A DNA stretch of 64,000 bases from Desulfosudaceae bacterium (GTDB lineage: Bacteria > Desulfobacterota > Desulfobacteria > Desulfobacterales > Desulfosudaceae): contig CAXXDV010000003.1 in NCBI GenBank assembly GCA_963674745.2, positions 2,080,001-2,144,000 of the forward strand. Direction: 5' to 3'. Under the pieces are notes generated by a model that was not told where the DNA came from, searched no databases, and saw only the letters and a program-made list of their open reading frames with translations. Position numbers and translations under genes: made by a program. Shown in pieces: positions 29,116-38,077 of this stretch (positions are counted from its first letter, which is position 1; each line of letters opens with the position of its first letter).

Positions 29116-30804
29116 TCAGGCCTGCTGTTTCCCGTCCAGTTCCTGCTCCGAATATTTCTGATAAAGCCTGTCTTCCACGAACAAATCGTATATATCGGGG
29201 TCAATGTGACCGTCTTTTTTCATAAAGCCCAGTATTTTCAATGCCTGGGAAATGCTCATCGGCCCCTTGTAGGGACGGTCCTGGGCGGTCAAGGCTTCAA
29301 ACACATCGGCAATAGCGATGATCCGGCTCTGAATGGGAATATCTTCGGCCTTCAATCCCAATGGATATCCCGAACCATCCATTTTTTCATGATGGCCGGC
29401 GGCGAATTCGGGAACCCGTGACAGGCGTTCCGGAAAAGGCAGTTCCCGGGTAATGCGGCGGGTCATTTCAGCATGATGTTCGATGATCTTCCGTTCGCTC
29501 GAAAGCAGGTTGCCACGGATGATACTCAAGCATTCCGCCTCTTCAGGTGACAGGTAAGACTGTTCTTGACCGTCAAGCCGGAAGATTTTTTCCGCGATTG
29601 ACCTGACCTGGATCACGGTGTCTTCATCCGCCTGCTGTTTGTCGGCATTAATACGCCTCAACAGATCCAGTTCATCCCTCAAGGCGGCTGTTTTCCCCTC
29701 CAGTTCCGTGTTGAGTTGATCCAGTTTCCCCTGCTGCCCGGGATTGATTTCTCCGGATTGAAGAATGTCAATTTTACGTTTCAGATATTCATTTTCAAAC
29801 GACTTGTGAATAAGTGCGAAGCGGGTCTCAAGCAGTTCGATCCGATCAAAAATCCCTTCCAGTTTGTTGGTTTTACTGAGCAGATGTTCGGGCGTGGTGA
29901 TTTTACCGATGTCATGCATCCAGGCGGCAATCCGCAGTTCTTCCATTTCATCGGGCGTGAAGCAGACGTCCTTGAAACACTCACGGTCCGACTCGTTTAT
30001 GGCCCGGGCGATATCCATGGTCAACGTCACCACCCGGGCAATGTGTCCGCCCGTAAACGGTGATTTCTCATCAATGGCCGTGGCAATGCTCCGGATAAAA
30101 GAATCGAACAGTTTCTGCAGGTCTTCGATCAGCCGGGCATTGGTCAGTGCCACCGCCGCCTGGGAAGCCAGGGAAGCCACCAGGTCGACATTTTCAGGCA
30201 GAAAAGAAACCACCTGGCCGGATTCGGTATCGGTAGCGTTCAACAACTGCAACACACCGATAATGCGGTTTTCGTGGTCCGCCATGGGAATGACCAGCAT
30301 GGATTGAGAGCGATATCCGGTGGCGCTGTCATATTTACGGGTACCGGAAAACTCGAACTCACTGGCTTCATAAACATCGGCAAAGGCAATGCGTTTACCG
30401 GTCAGGGCGACATATGAAGAGACATTGGCATAGTTGGGATGACCGTCATCATCGTAAAGCGGTACACTGGGCAGGTCATCAATGTTCTCACCGCTGATGC
30501 CGCCCTTGCGGATATTCATGGTATCATTCTGCAGGATCTGAAACCGCAGACAGTTTTCCTTTTTATCGAGAATGTAAAGGGTTCCGGCGTCGGCACTGGC
30601 AATGGTACGGGCCTCGTCCACAATCATTTCAAGAAGCCGCTCGATATTTTTTTCGCCGGACAGGGCCAGGCCGATATGGGTCAGGTTACTGATGCGATCC
30701 AGCTGGTATTCGGCGTAGGACTTGACTTCCCGAACCACTTTTTCCAGCATCCGGCCCAGTTTTTTATCGTCGGTAACGCTCTCGATTTGTTTTTTTTCTG
30801 CCAT
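29116..30804 (-). CDS. GAF-HD-GYP c-di-GMP phosphodiesterase
   Basis: GAF (ADAGTLY...SMLVIPM...GVLQLLN); HDIGK, HHEKMDGSGYP, IADVFEAL. Start approximate. Confidence 0.92.
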   Translation of the reverse strand: MAEKKQIESVTDDKKLGRMLEKVVREVKSYAEYQLDRISNLTHIGLALSGEKNIERLLEMIVDEARTIASADAGTLYILDKKENCLRFQILQNDTMNIRKGGISGENIDDLPSVPLYDDDGHPNYANVSSYVALTGKRIAFADVYEASEFEFSGTRKYDSATGYRSQSMLVIPMADHENRIIGVLQLLNATDTESGQVVSFLPENVDLVASLASQAAVALTNARLIEDLQKLFDSFIRSIATAIDEKSPFTGGHIARVVTLTMDIARAINESDRECFKDVCFTPDEMEELRIAAWMHDIGKITTPEHLLSKTNKLEGIFDRIELLETRFALIHKSFENEYLKRKIDILQSGEINPGQQGKLDQLNTELEGKTAALRDELDLLRRINADKQQADEDTVIQVRSIAEKIFRLDGQEQSYLSPEEAECLSIIRGNLLSSERKIIEHHAEMTRRITRELPFPERLSRVPEFAAGHHEKMDGSGYPLGLKAEDIPIQSRIIAIADVFEALTAQDRPYKGPMSISQALKILGFMKKDGHIDPDIYDLFVEDRLYQKYSEQELDGKQQA

Positions 30805-30924
30805 TTTAATTCCTTTTACCATGGCGCCATCCCGTCGGCAACCACAAAAAAAGGGACTGCTTGATATTACTTTTGGAATCGGGCATAAAGAAAACCGGTT
30901 ATGTTTCAGTTTGTTGAACCGGTA

Positions 30925-30953
30925 TTGACACCCGGCTTCGATATCGCTATAAA
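30925..30953 (+). promoter_or_regulatory. Putative sigma70 promoter
   Basis: TTGACA-17 nt-TATAAA upstream of 31018. Confidence 0.6.
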
Positions 30954-31017
30954 TATATAACCAGAACAATATGTTATCATAATTTCACACTCCAAAAACC
31001 AAGGAAACGTAAACAAT

Positions 31018-32610
31018 ATGGCCAGTAAAGACAACCCAGACCACGAACCGTTACGTCCCGAACTGAATGAACTGATCAACCGGCTTGCTTACGGGCTGGA
31101 TGAAAATCGCCCTGAAGCGGTCGCCAAACGACGGCAAAAAAACCAGCGGACCGCCCGTGCCAATGTCAGCACCCTGTGTGATCCGGACAGCTTTATTGAA
31201 TACGGCGCCCTGGCGGTTGCCGCCCAGCGAGGCAGACGATCAGAAGAAGATCTGATCAGCAAAACACCGGCCGACGGCATGATTGCGGGGGTGGGGTCGG
31301 TCAACGGCAAACTGTTTAAGACAACGGCCTCCCGCTGCATGGTCCTGGCGTATGATTATACCGTACTGGCCGGTACGCAAGGATTTTTCAATCATAAAAA
31401 GATCGACCGCATGCTGAAACTCGCCCATGAGCAGCGCCTTCCCCTGGTATTGTTCGCCGAAGGGGGCGGCGGCCGTCCGGGCGATGTAGATGCCATCGGC
31501 ATCATGACGGCCGGATTGGATTTGTCCACCTTCGCCTCCTTTGCCGGATTAAGCGGACGGGTACCACTGATCGGCGTTGTCTCAGGCCCCTGTTTTGCCG
31601 GTAACGCCGCCCTGCTGGGCTGTTGCGATGTGATTATCGCCACTGAAAACGCCAATATCGGCATGGGCGGACCGGTCATGATCGAAGGCGGTGGGCTGGG
31701 GACGTTTACGCCCCGGGAAATCGGCCCCATCGAGGTGCAGACGAAAAACGGTGTGGTCGATATTGTCGTGGCCGACGATGTTGAAGCGGTCACAGCAGCC
31801 GCACAATATCTCTCCTATTTCCAGGGCACGACCAGCCAGTGGGAAGCCGATGACCAGACCCTGCTGCGAGACCTGATTCCGGAAAACAGAAAGCAGCCCT
31901 ATGATGTACGAAACGTCATTACCACTCTGGCGGACAAGGGCTCCTTTCTGGAGCTGCGTTCAGCGTTCGGCCCCGGTATGGTCACGGGATTGATTCGCGT
32001 GGCAGGCCGGCCGTATGGCCTCATCGCCAACAGCTGCCTGCACATGGCCGGTGCCATTGAAGCTGAAGGCGCGGACAAGGCGGTGCGCCTGATGCAGATC
32101 TGTCAGGCCCATGGCCTGCCCATTTTGTCCCTGTGCGATACGCCCGGGTTCATGGTGGGGCCGGAAATTGAAAAACGTGCCCAGGTCCGTCATGTATGCC
32201 GGATGTTCGTGGTCGGTTCCCACCTGACGGTCCCTTATTTTACGCTGGTGTTACGCCGGGGATTTGGGCTGGGCGCCATGGCCATGGCCCGGGGCGGATT
32301 TCATGAGTCGTTTTTTACAGCCGCCTGGCCGACCGGTGAATTCGGTGCCATGGGTATCGAAGGCGCCATCAAGGCCGGTTTTAAAAAAGAGCTGGCCGCC
32401 ATTGAAGACCCCGAAGATCGTCAGAAACTCTATGACCACCTGGTCGGCGAATTGTACAAACGCGGCAAGGCCCTGAACATGGCGTCATACCTGGAGATTG
32501 ATGCCGTCATCGATCCGGCCGACACCCGCGACTGGATCATCCGGGGCATTAAATCCGTTCCGCCGGGAAAACTGGAAAGCGCTTGTCATGCTTTCGTTGA
32601 TCCCTGGTAA
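31018..32610 (+). CDS. Acyl-CoA carboxylase carboxyltransferase domain protein
   Basis: YDYTVLAGTQG, EGGGGRPGD, FAGNA, GMGGP, CDTPGFMVG. Confidence 0.9.
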   Translation: MASKDNPDHEPLRPELNELINRLAYGLDENRPEAVAKRRQKNQRTARANVSTLCDPDSFIEYGALAVAAQRGRRSEEDLISKTPADGMIAGVGSVNGKLFKTTASRCMVLAYDYTVLAGTQGFFNHKKIDRMLKLAHEQRLPLVLFAEGGGGRPGDVDAIGIMTAGLDLSTFASFAGLSGRVPLIGVVSGPCFAGNAALLGCCDVIIATENANIGMGGPVMIEGGGLGTFTPREIGPIEVQTKNGVVDIVVADDVEAVTAAAQYLSYFQGTTSQWEADDQTLLRDLIPENRKQPYDVRNVITTLADKGSFLELRSAFGPGMVTGLIRVAGRPYGLIANSCLHMAGAIEAEGADKAVRLMQICQAHGLPILSLCDTPGFMVGPEIEKRAQVRHVCRMFVVGSHLTVPYFTLVLRRGFGLGAMAMARGGFHESFFTAAWPTGEFGAMGIEGAIKAGFKKELAAIEDPEDRQKLYDHLVGELYKRGKALNMASYLEIDAVIDPADTRDWIIRGIKSVPPGKLESACHAFVDPW

Positions 32611-32633
32611 AATGAATGATATAAAAAATATTT

Positions 32634-33995
32634 ATGACATCATCCGACAAAACTACCGGTACGGTCTATTCCGTATCCGGGCTGACAGCCGCCATCAAGC
32701 ACCTGCTGGAAAAAAGTTATCCAATCATCTGGATTGAAGGAGAAATCTCCAATTTCCGTGTGCCCGGTTCCGGCCATTTTTATTTCACCTTAAAAGATGA
32801 GCGGGCGGCCATCAGCGCCGTCATGTTTGCCGGTCAGCACCGTCATCTGAAATTTTCACCCGAAGACGGCATGCGCGTTACCGGCCTGGGGAGGATCAGC
32901 GTCTATGAACCGCGGGGCACCTACCAGATCATACTTGAACATATGATGCCCAAGGGGGCCGGCGAACTGCTGATCGCCTTTGAACAACTCAAAAAACGGC
33001 TGGAAGAAGAAGGCCTCTTTGATCCCGTCCACAAAAAGGCCATTCCGTTTATGCCGGACAAAATCGGCGTTATCTCCTCGCCCACGGGCGCGGTGGTTCA
33101 TGATATCATCAACGTATCGACCCGGCGTTTTCCCGGTCTTTCCATCCAGGTCATGCCCGTGTCTGTCCAGGGCAAAAACGCCCCCCGGGAAATTGCCGAA
33201 GCGGTGGCCCTGGCCAACGAAAGGGCCGAGGTCAAGGTGCTGATCGTTGCCAGGGGCGGCGGCAGCCTGGAAGATCTGATGCCGTTTAACTCGGAAACCG
33301 TGGCCCGGGCCGTCTTTGAATCCCGGATACCGGTCATTTCGGCCGTAGGCCATGAAACGGATTTTACCATCTGCGACTTTGTGGCCGACTTGAGGGCCCC
33401 GACGCCTTCGGCGGCGGCCGAATTAATGGTGCCGGTCAAGCAGGAGCTTACGGCTGTCTGCCAGGCGCTGCATCGGCGACTGCTGGCGAGTGGTGAAAAA
33501 CTGATCAGCCGCAAACGTGACCTTTTAACTGCCACATCGCGCCGACTGGTTGACCCCCGGCGCTATATCCAGGATGTCCGGCTCCGGCTGGATGACCTGG
33601 CCCTCCGCATGGAGCGGTTACTGAAAAAAAAGCTGGAAGAGGGAAAAACACGCCTGAACTGGATATCAGACCGTCTCACCGGTGGCCAGCCGCGCCGGCT
33701 GACGGAGAACCGTCGTCAGGCGGTGGACAGGGTCGCGACCGGACTGCTGCATGGCATGTCGGCCCTGATCAAAGAAAGGCAGTACCGGTTCAAGACCGCA
33801 GCAGAAAAACTGCTGGTCCTGGACCCCACGGCCGTGCTTGAGCGGGGCTACAGTATTACCCGGACGGTGCCCGGCGGATTGATCGTCCGGGACAGCGAAC
33901 AGGTTAACAACGGCGACAACCTTGAGATTCTGGTAGCCAGAGGCCGTATTGATGCACTCGTAAAAAGTCGAGATGTGGATGGCAACGTAAAATAA
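32634..33995 (+). CDS. xseA: Exodeoxyribonuclease VII large subunit
   Basis: GEISNF..SGH.YFTLKD, ARGGGSLEDL, SAVGHETD, RAPTPSAAAE. Confidence 0.97.
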   Translation: MTSSDKTTGTVYSVSGLTAAIKHLLEKSYPIIWIEGEISNFRVPGSGHFYFTLKDERAAISAVMFAGQHRHLKFSPEDGMRVTGLGRISVYEPRGTYQIILEHMMPKGAGELLIAFEQLKKRLEEEGLFDPVHKKAIPFMPDKIGVISSPTGAVVHDIINVSTRRFPGLSIQVMPVSVQGKNAPREIAEAVALANERAEVKVLIVARGGGSLEDLMPFNSETVARAVFESRIPVISAVGHETDFTICDFVADLRAPTPSAAAELMVPVKQELTAVCQALHRRLLASGEKLISRKRDLLTATSRRLVDPRRYIQDVRLRLDDLALRMERLLKKKLEEGKTRLNWISDRLTGGQPRRLTENRRQAVDRVATGLLHGMSALIKERQYRFKTAAEKLLVLDPTAVLERGYSITRTVPGGLIVRDSEQVNNGDNLEILVARGRIDALVKSRDVDGNVK

Positions 33996-34011
33996 CAAAA
34001 AGAGATACACC

Positions 34012-34257
34012 ATGAGTCAGAAAAAAAACTTTGAGCATGCCCTGCAGGAACTTGAAAAAATCGTTGAAGAGATTGAATCCGGTGATCTGCCCCTGGAAAC
34101 CGCCTTGAAAAAATTCGAAACCGGGGTCAAGCTGTCGGCGGCCTGTAATGAAAAATTAAACGAAGCCGAAAAGAAAATCACCATGCTGCTCAAAAGCAGT
34201 GACGGAAATTACGTGGAAACACCGTTCAGCGACGATGAAAGCAATGATGATGGCTGA
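34012..34257 (+). CDS. xseB: Exodeoxyribonuclease VII small subunit
   Basis: FE.AL.ELE.IV..IESG.L.LE pattern; follows xseA. Confidence 0.95.
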   Translation: MSQKKNFEHALQELEKIVEEIESGDLPLETALKKFETGVKLSAACNEKLNEAEKKITMLLKSSDGNYVETPFSDDESNDDG

Positions 34258-35164
34258 TTCACTCCCGACATCAGCGCCTTTTCCGCTGGAACAATACCTG
34301 GCAACCCGGCGCGATGCCGTTAACGCCGCTCTGACCGGTATTTTAAATGAGTTTGTACCAGGAGGAAGACTGCGTGACGCCATGGGTTATTCCCTGGAAG
34401 CGGGCGGGAAACGACTGCGCCCCATCCTCTGCCTGGCGGCCACGGAAGCCGTGAACGGGGACCCGGACGTGTCCCTGCCGGCCGCTTGCGCCATCGAATT
34501 GGTCCACACCTATTCCCTGATCCATGATGATCTGCCGGCGGTGGACAATGACGTGCTGCGTCGCGGCAAGCCTTCCTGCCACGTGGCTTTTGATGAAGCG
34601 ACGGCGATTTTTGCCGGTGATGCGCTGCACACCCTGGCTTTCCAGGTTCTGGCCGCGAAAAACCACCCCGTTTCCGATCCGGAAACCCGGCTGCGCTGCA
34701 TCCGGATCATTGCCGCAGCCACCGGCAACTCCGGTATGATCGAAGGCCAGATGCGGGATATGCAGGCGGCGGCCAAACCACTGACAACCGAAGAACTTCG
34801 CCGGCTGCAGGAGCTGAAAACCGGGGCGCTCATTACCGCCGCCGTTCACGTCGGCGCCCTGCTCGGCGGGGCAGACGGCGACCGGATCGGATGCATGATT
34901 GAATACGGGAACCATATCGGCCTGGCGTTTCAGGTTGCCGATGACCTTCTGGATATAGAAGGTGACGCAGCCATGATGGGCAAAGAAACAGGGGGGGATG
35001 TACGGCAGAAGAAAGCCACTTTTCCGGCCCTGCTGGGAATTGATGCCACCCGGGACCTGTCCCGCTCGCTGCTAAAAAACAGTCTCGAAGCGCTGTCGTC
35101 TTTCGGGAAGGAAGCTGATCCCTTAAGGGGAATCGCCAATTTTATGATCGAACGCCGCTATTGA
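34244..35164 (+). CDS. ispA: Farnesyl/geranylgeranyl diphosphate synthase
   Basis: GGKRLRP, SLIHDDLP..D...RRG, KTGAL, FQVADD; start 34244-34250. Confidence 0.93.
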   Translation: MMMADSLPTSAPFPLEQYLATRRDAVNAALTGILNEFVPGGRLRDAMGYSLEAGGKRLRPILCLAATEAVNGDPDVSLPAACAIELVHTYSLIHDDLPAVDNDVLRRGKPSCHVAFDEATAIFAGDALHTLAFQVLAAKNHPVSDPETRLRCIRIIAAATGNSGMIEGQMRDMQAAAKPLTTEELRRLQELKTGALITAAVHVGALLGGADGDRIGCMIEYGNHIGLAFQVADDLLDIEGDAAMMGKETGGDVRQKKATFPALLGIDATRDLSRSLLKNSLEALSSFGKEADPLRGIANFMIERRY

Positions 35165-35183
35165 TGAGGAGCTCATTATAACC

Positions 35184-37061
35184 GTGAACCTTTTAAACAA
35201 TATCAACTCCCCGGCTGACCTGAAAAAACTTTCCGTGGCGGAACTTACCGATTTAGCAATGGAAATCCGTGAGCTAATTGTCGACGTGGTTTCTAAAACC
35301 GGCGGGCATCTGGCTTCCAGTCTGGGAGCGGTTGAACTGGCCATCGCCATCCATTACGTGTTTGATGTTCCCCGGGACAAGGTCATCTGGGACGTGGGGC
35401 ATCAGGCTTATGCGCACAAAATACTCACCGGCCGCAGGGACCGGTTTGACACCCTTCGCCAGCACAATGGCCTGTCCGGCTTTACCCGGCGTGGGGAAAG
35501 CGTTTATGACGCGTTTTCCACCGGCCACAGCGGGACTTCGGTGTCCGCCGGGCTGGGGTTCCTGTGCGCCCAGGACTTAAAAGACGACCCTTCCAGCGTC
35601 CTGGCCGTTATCGGCGACGGTTCCCTTACCGCAGGACTGGCCTATGAGGCCCTCAACCAGGCCGGGTACCAGCACAAGGACAAAAACCTGATCGTCATTC
35701 TCAACGACAATGAGATGTCCATCACCCAAAACGTGGGCGCCCTGTCCTCTTTTCTCAGCCGTACGCTTTCGGCCACCTATCTTCAGGATTGGCGTAAAGA
35801 ACTGGGGGAACTGCTTCGCGCCCTACCGAAAATCGGGGACGACGTCTACCAGTTTGCCAAACGCTCAGAAGAATCCTTTAAAACATTTGTTACTCCCGGG
35901 ATGCTGTTCGAGGCTTTTGATTTTGAATATTTCGGCCCCATCAAGGGGCACAACATCAAACAACTCATAAATATCCTTCAGAACATCAGAGAAATACGAG
36001 AACCCGTCCTGCTTCACGTGACCACCACCAAGGGCAAGGGATACCCGCCGGCAGAAAAAAATCCGGTTTATTTTCACGGCGTCGGCGCTTTCGAGCCGGA
36101 AACAGGCAGCTGCCTTTCCTCCCGGAAGGACTCACCGACCTATACCCAGGTATTCGGGGACACCATGGTCGAACTGGCTGAAAAGGATGACCGCATTGTG
36201 GCGGTAACCGCCGCCATGCCGGAGGGTACCGGGTTGACCCGTTTTGCGGAAAAGTTCCCGGACCGTTTTTTTGATGTCGGCATTGCCGAGCAGCACGGCG
36301 TTACCTTTGCGGCCGGCATGGCCGCCGAAGGACTGCGGCCGGTGGTGGCCATCTATTCCACTTTTCTCCAGAGAGGATACGACCAGATTATTCATGATGT
36401 CTGTCTGGATGCGTTGCCGGTTACGTTTGCCGTTGACCGCGCCGGCATTGTCGGCGAAGACGGTCCGACCCATCATGGATTATACGATCTGTCCTATTTA
36501 CGAAGCATGCCCAATATGATCGTCATGGCCCCGGCGGATGAAAACGAGCTCAAACGGATGCTGCATACGGCCGTTTACCACGAAGGCCCGGTTGCCGTGC
36601 GATACCCCCGCGGCCGCGGGCCGGGTGTGACGATTCAGCAAGGCATATCATCACTGAGTATCGGCAAAGGAAAAGTGATGAAATCCGGCGACGACGTCCT
36701 GGTCCTGGCCGTGGGAAGCGCTGTTTGTGAGGCCCTGACCGCCGGCGAACAGCTGGCTCAAAAAGGGATTTCCGCCACCGTCGTCAACTGCCGGTTTATC
36801 AAACCGCTGGATACGGAATTGATCTGCTCCCTGGCGACGAGAATCCCCCGGATCATCACGGTGGAAGACAATATGCTCATGGGCGGATTTTCCAGCGCGG
36901 TCCTGGAGGCCTTAAACGATACCGGTGTGTCCGGATTTTCCATGAAACGACTGGGCATCAACGACACCTTTGTGGAACACGGCCCCAAAGACGTGCTTCG
37001 TGCCGTCTATGGCATTAATGCTGATGCCATTATCGCGGCCGCCATCGATCTGATTTCCTGA
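35184..37061 (+). CDS. dxs: 1-deoxy-D-xylulose-5-phosphate synthase
   Basis: GGHLASSLG, WDVGHQAY, GDG...NDN, GIAEQH, DGPTHHG. Confidence 0.97.
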   Translation: MNLLNNINSPADLKKLSVAELTDLAMEIRELIVDVVSKTGGHLASSLGAVELAIAIHYVFDVPRDKVIWDVGHQAYAHKILTGRRDRFDTLRQHNGLSGFTRRGESVYDAFSTGHSGTSVSAGLGFLCAQDLKDDPSSVLAVIGDGSLTAGLAYEALNQAGYQHKDKNLIVILNDNEMSITQNVGALSSFLSRTLSATYLQDWRKELGELLRALPKIGDDVYQFAKRSEESFKTFVTPGMLFEAFDFEYFGPIKGHNIKQLINILQNIREIREPVLLHVTTTKGKGYPPAEKNPVYFHGVGAFEPETGSCLSSRKDSPTYTQVFGDTMVELAEKDDRIVAVTAAMPEGTGLTRFAEKFPDRFFDVGIAEQHGVTFAAGMAAEGLRPVVAIYSTFLQRGYDQIIHDVCLDALPVTFAVDRAGIVGEDGPTHHGLYDLSYLRSMPNMIVMAPADENELKRMLHTAVYHEGPVAVRYPRGRGPGVTIQQGISSLSIGKGKVMKSGDDVLVLAVGSAVCEALTAGEQLAQKGISATVVNCRFIKPLDTELICSLATRIPRIITVEDNMLMGGFSSAVLEALNDTGVSGFSMKRLGINDTFVEHGPKDVLRAVYGINADAIIAAAIDLIS

Positions 37062-37063
37062 AA

Positions 37064-37819
37064 ATGAAAACTGAAAAAAAACGCATCGACCAGCTCCTGG
37101 TGGAACGGGGCCTGGCTGAATCCCGCCAGCGGGCCCAGGCCATGATCATGGCCGGAGACGTTCTGATTGAAGATCGAAAAGTTGCCAAAGCCGGCCATCA
37201 GGTTTCAGAACACGTTGAAATAACTATAAAAGAGAGCTGTCCGTATGTCAGCCGGGGGGGGCTGAAACTGGCGGGGGGGCTGCGAGCCTTTAACATCGAC
37301 GTCCAAAACCGGATCTGCCTTGATGTTGGTGCTTCCACCGGCGGTTTTACCGACTGCCTGCTGCAGAACGGCGCCAAAAAGGTTTTTGCCGTTGATGTGG
37401 GTTACGGCCAGCTGGCCTGGAAACTGCGCCAGGATGAACGGGTGGTGGTCATCGAACGGGCCAATATCCGCTATCTTCCGGAAACGACATTGTCAGAACC
37501 GGTTGACCTGATCACCATTGACGTGTCCTTTATTTCCCTGAAAATCGTCATCCCCTCAGTATTAAAATTTTTAAAACCCGGCGGCCTGATTATCGCCCTG
37601 ATTAAACCGCAGTTCGAGATCGGCAAAGGCCGGGTCGGCAAGGGGGGGGTGGTCCGCGATCCCAGGGACCATCAGGAAGTACTGGCGGGAATAACCCTTT
37701 TCGCTCAACAGCAGGGCTTGACCTGCCGAACCGCCGAGACCTCCCCCATAATCGGCCCCAAGGGCAATGTGGAATTTTTTAATGTTTTTAGCCTTGATTT
37801 TCATAAAAATGCGGACTAA
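37064..37819 (+). CDS. tlyA: TlyA family rRNA 2'-O-methyltransferase
   Basis: S4 domain, YVSRGGLKL, DVGASTGGFTD, KPQFE, GNVEF. Confidence 0.95.
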   Translation: MKTEKKRIDQLLVERGLAESRQRAQAMIMAGDVLIEDRKVAKAGHQVSEHVEITIKESCPYVSRGGLKLAGGLRAFNIDVQNRICLDVGASTGGFTDCLLQNGAKKVFAVDVGYGQLAWKLRQDERVVVIERANIRYLPETTLSEPVDLITIDVSFISLKIVIPSVLKFLKPGGLIIALIKPQFEIGKGRVGKGGVVRDPRDHQEVLAGITLFAQQQGLTCRTAETSPIIGPKGNVEFFNVFSLDFHKNAD

Positions 37820-37862
37820 TTTATTAAGATTTATATCAGAAACTTGTACAATATTAATGACG

Positions 37863-38010
37863 ATAGGGTGCCTCTAAAAATTAGAATTTTGGTTCGAGGT
37901 CAAGGCGTGCGAAAATTTTAACCGGAGGAATACATAGAAGTATTTCGAGGATTAAAATTTGAGCACAACGCCGGCATCGGGCCAAAAGGCAATTTTTAGA
38001 GGTACCCTAT
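37863..38010. mobile_element. MITE-like element (~148 bp) with 20-bp terminal inverted repeats
   Basis: ATAGGGTGCCTCTAAAAATT ... AATTTTTAGAGGTACCCTAT (1 mismatch); internal imperfect palindrome; second copy at 46659-46785. Confidence 0.75.
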
Positions 38011-38077
38011 TGATGATGACCGTCGGTTCCCAAAGAGGCTTGCGGTTATAACCCCGACAGTGGAAGAGGAGTGTTAA

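Noticed and set aside
37064..37819. TlyA as a haemolysin or virulence factor
   Set aside because: Standard xseAB-ispA-dxs-tlyA housekeeping context; an rRNA methyltransferase is the simpler reading.
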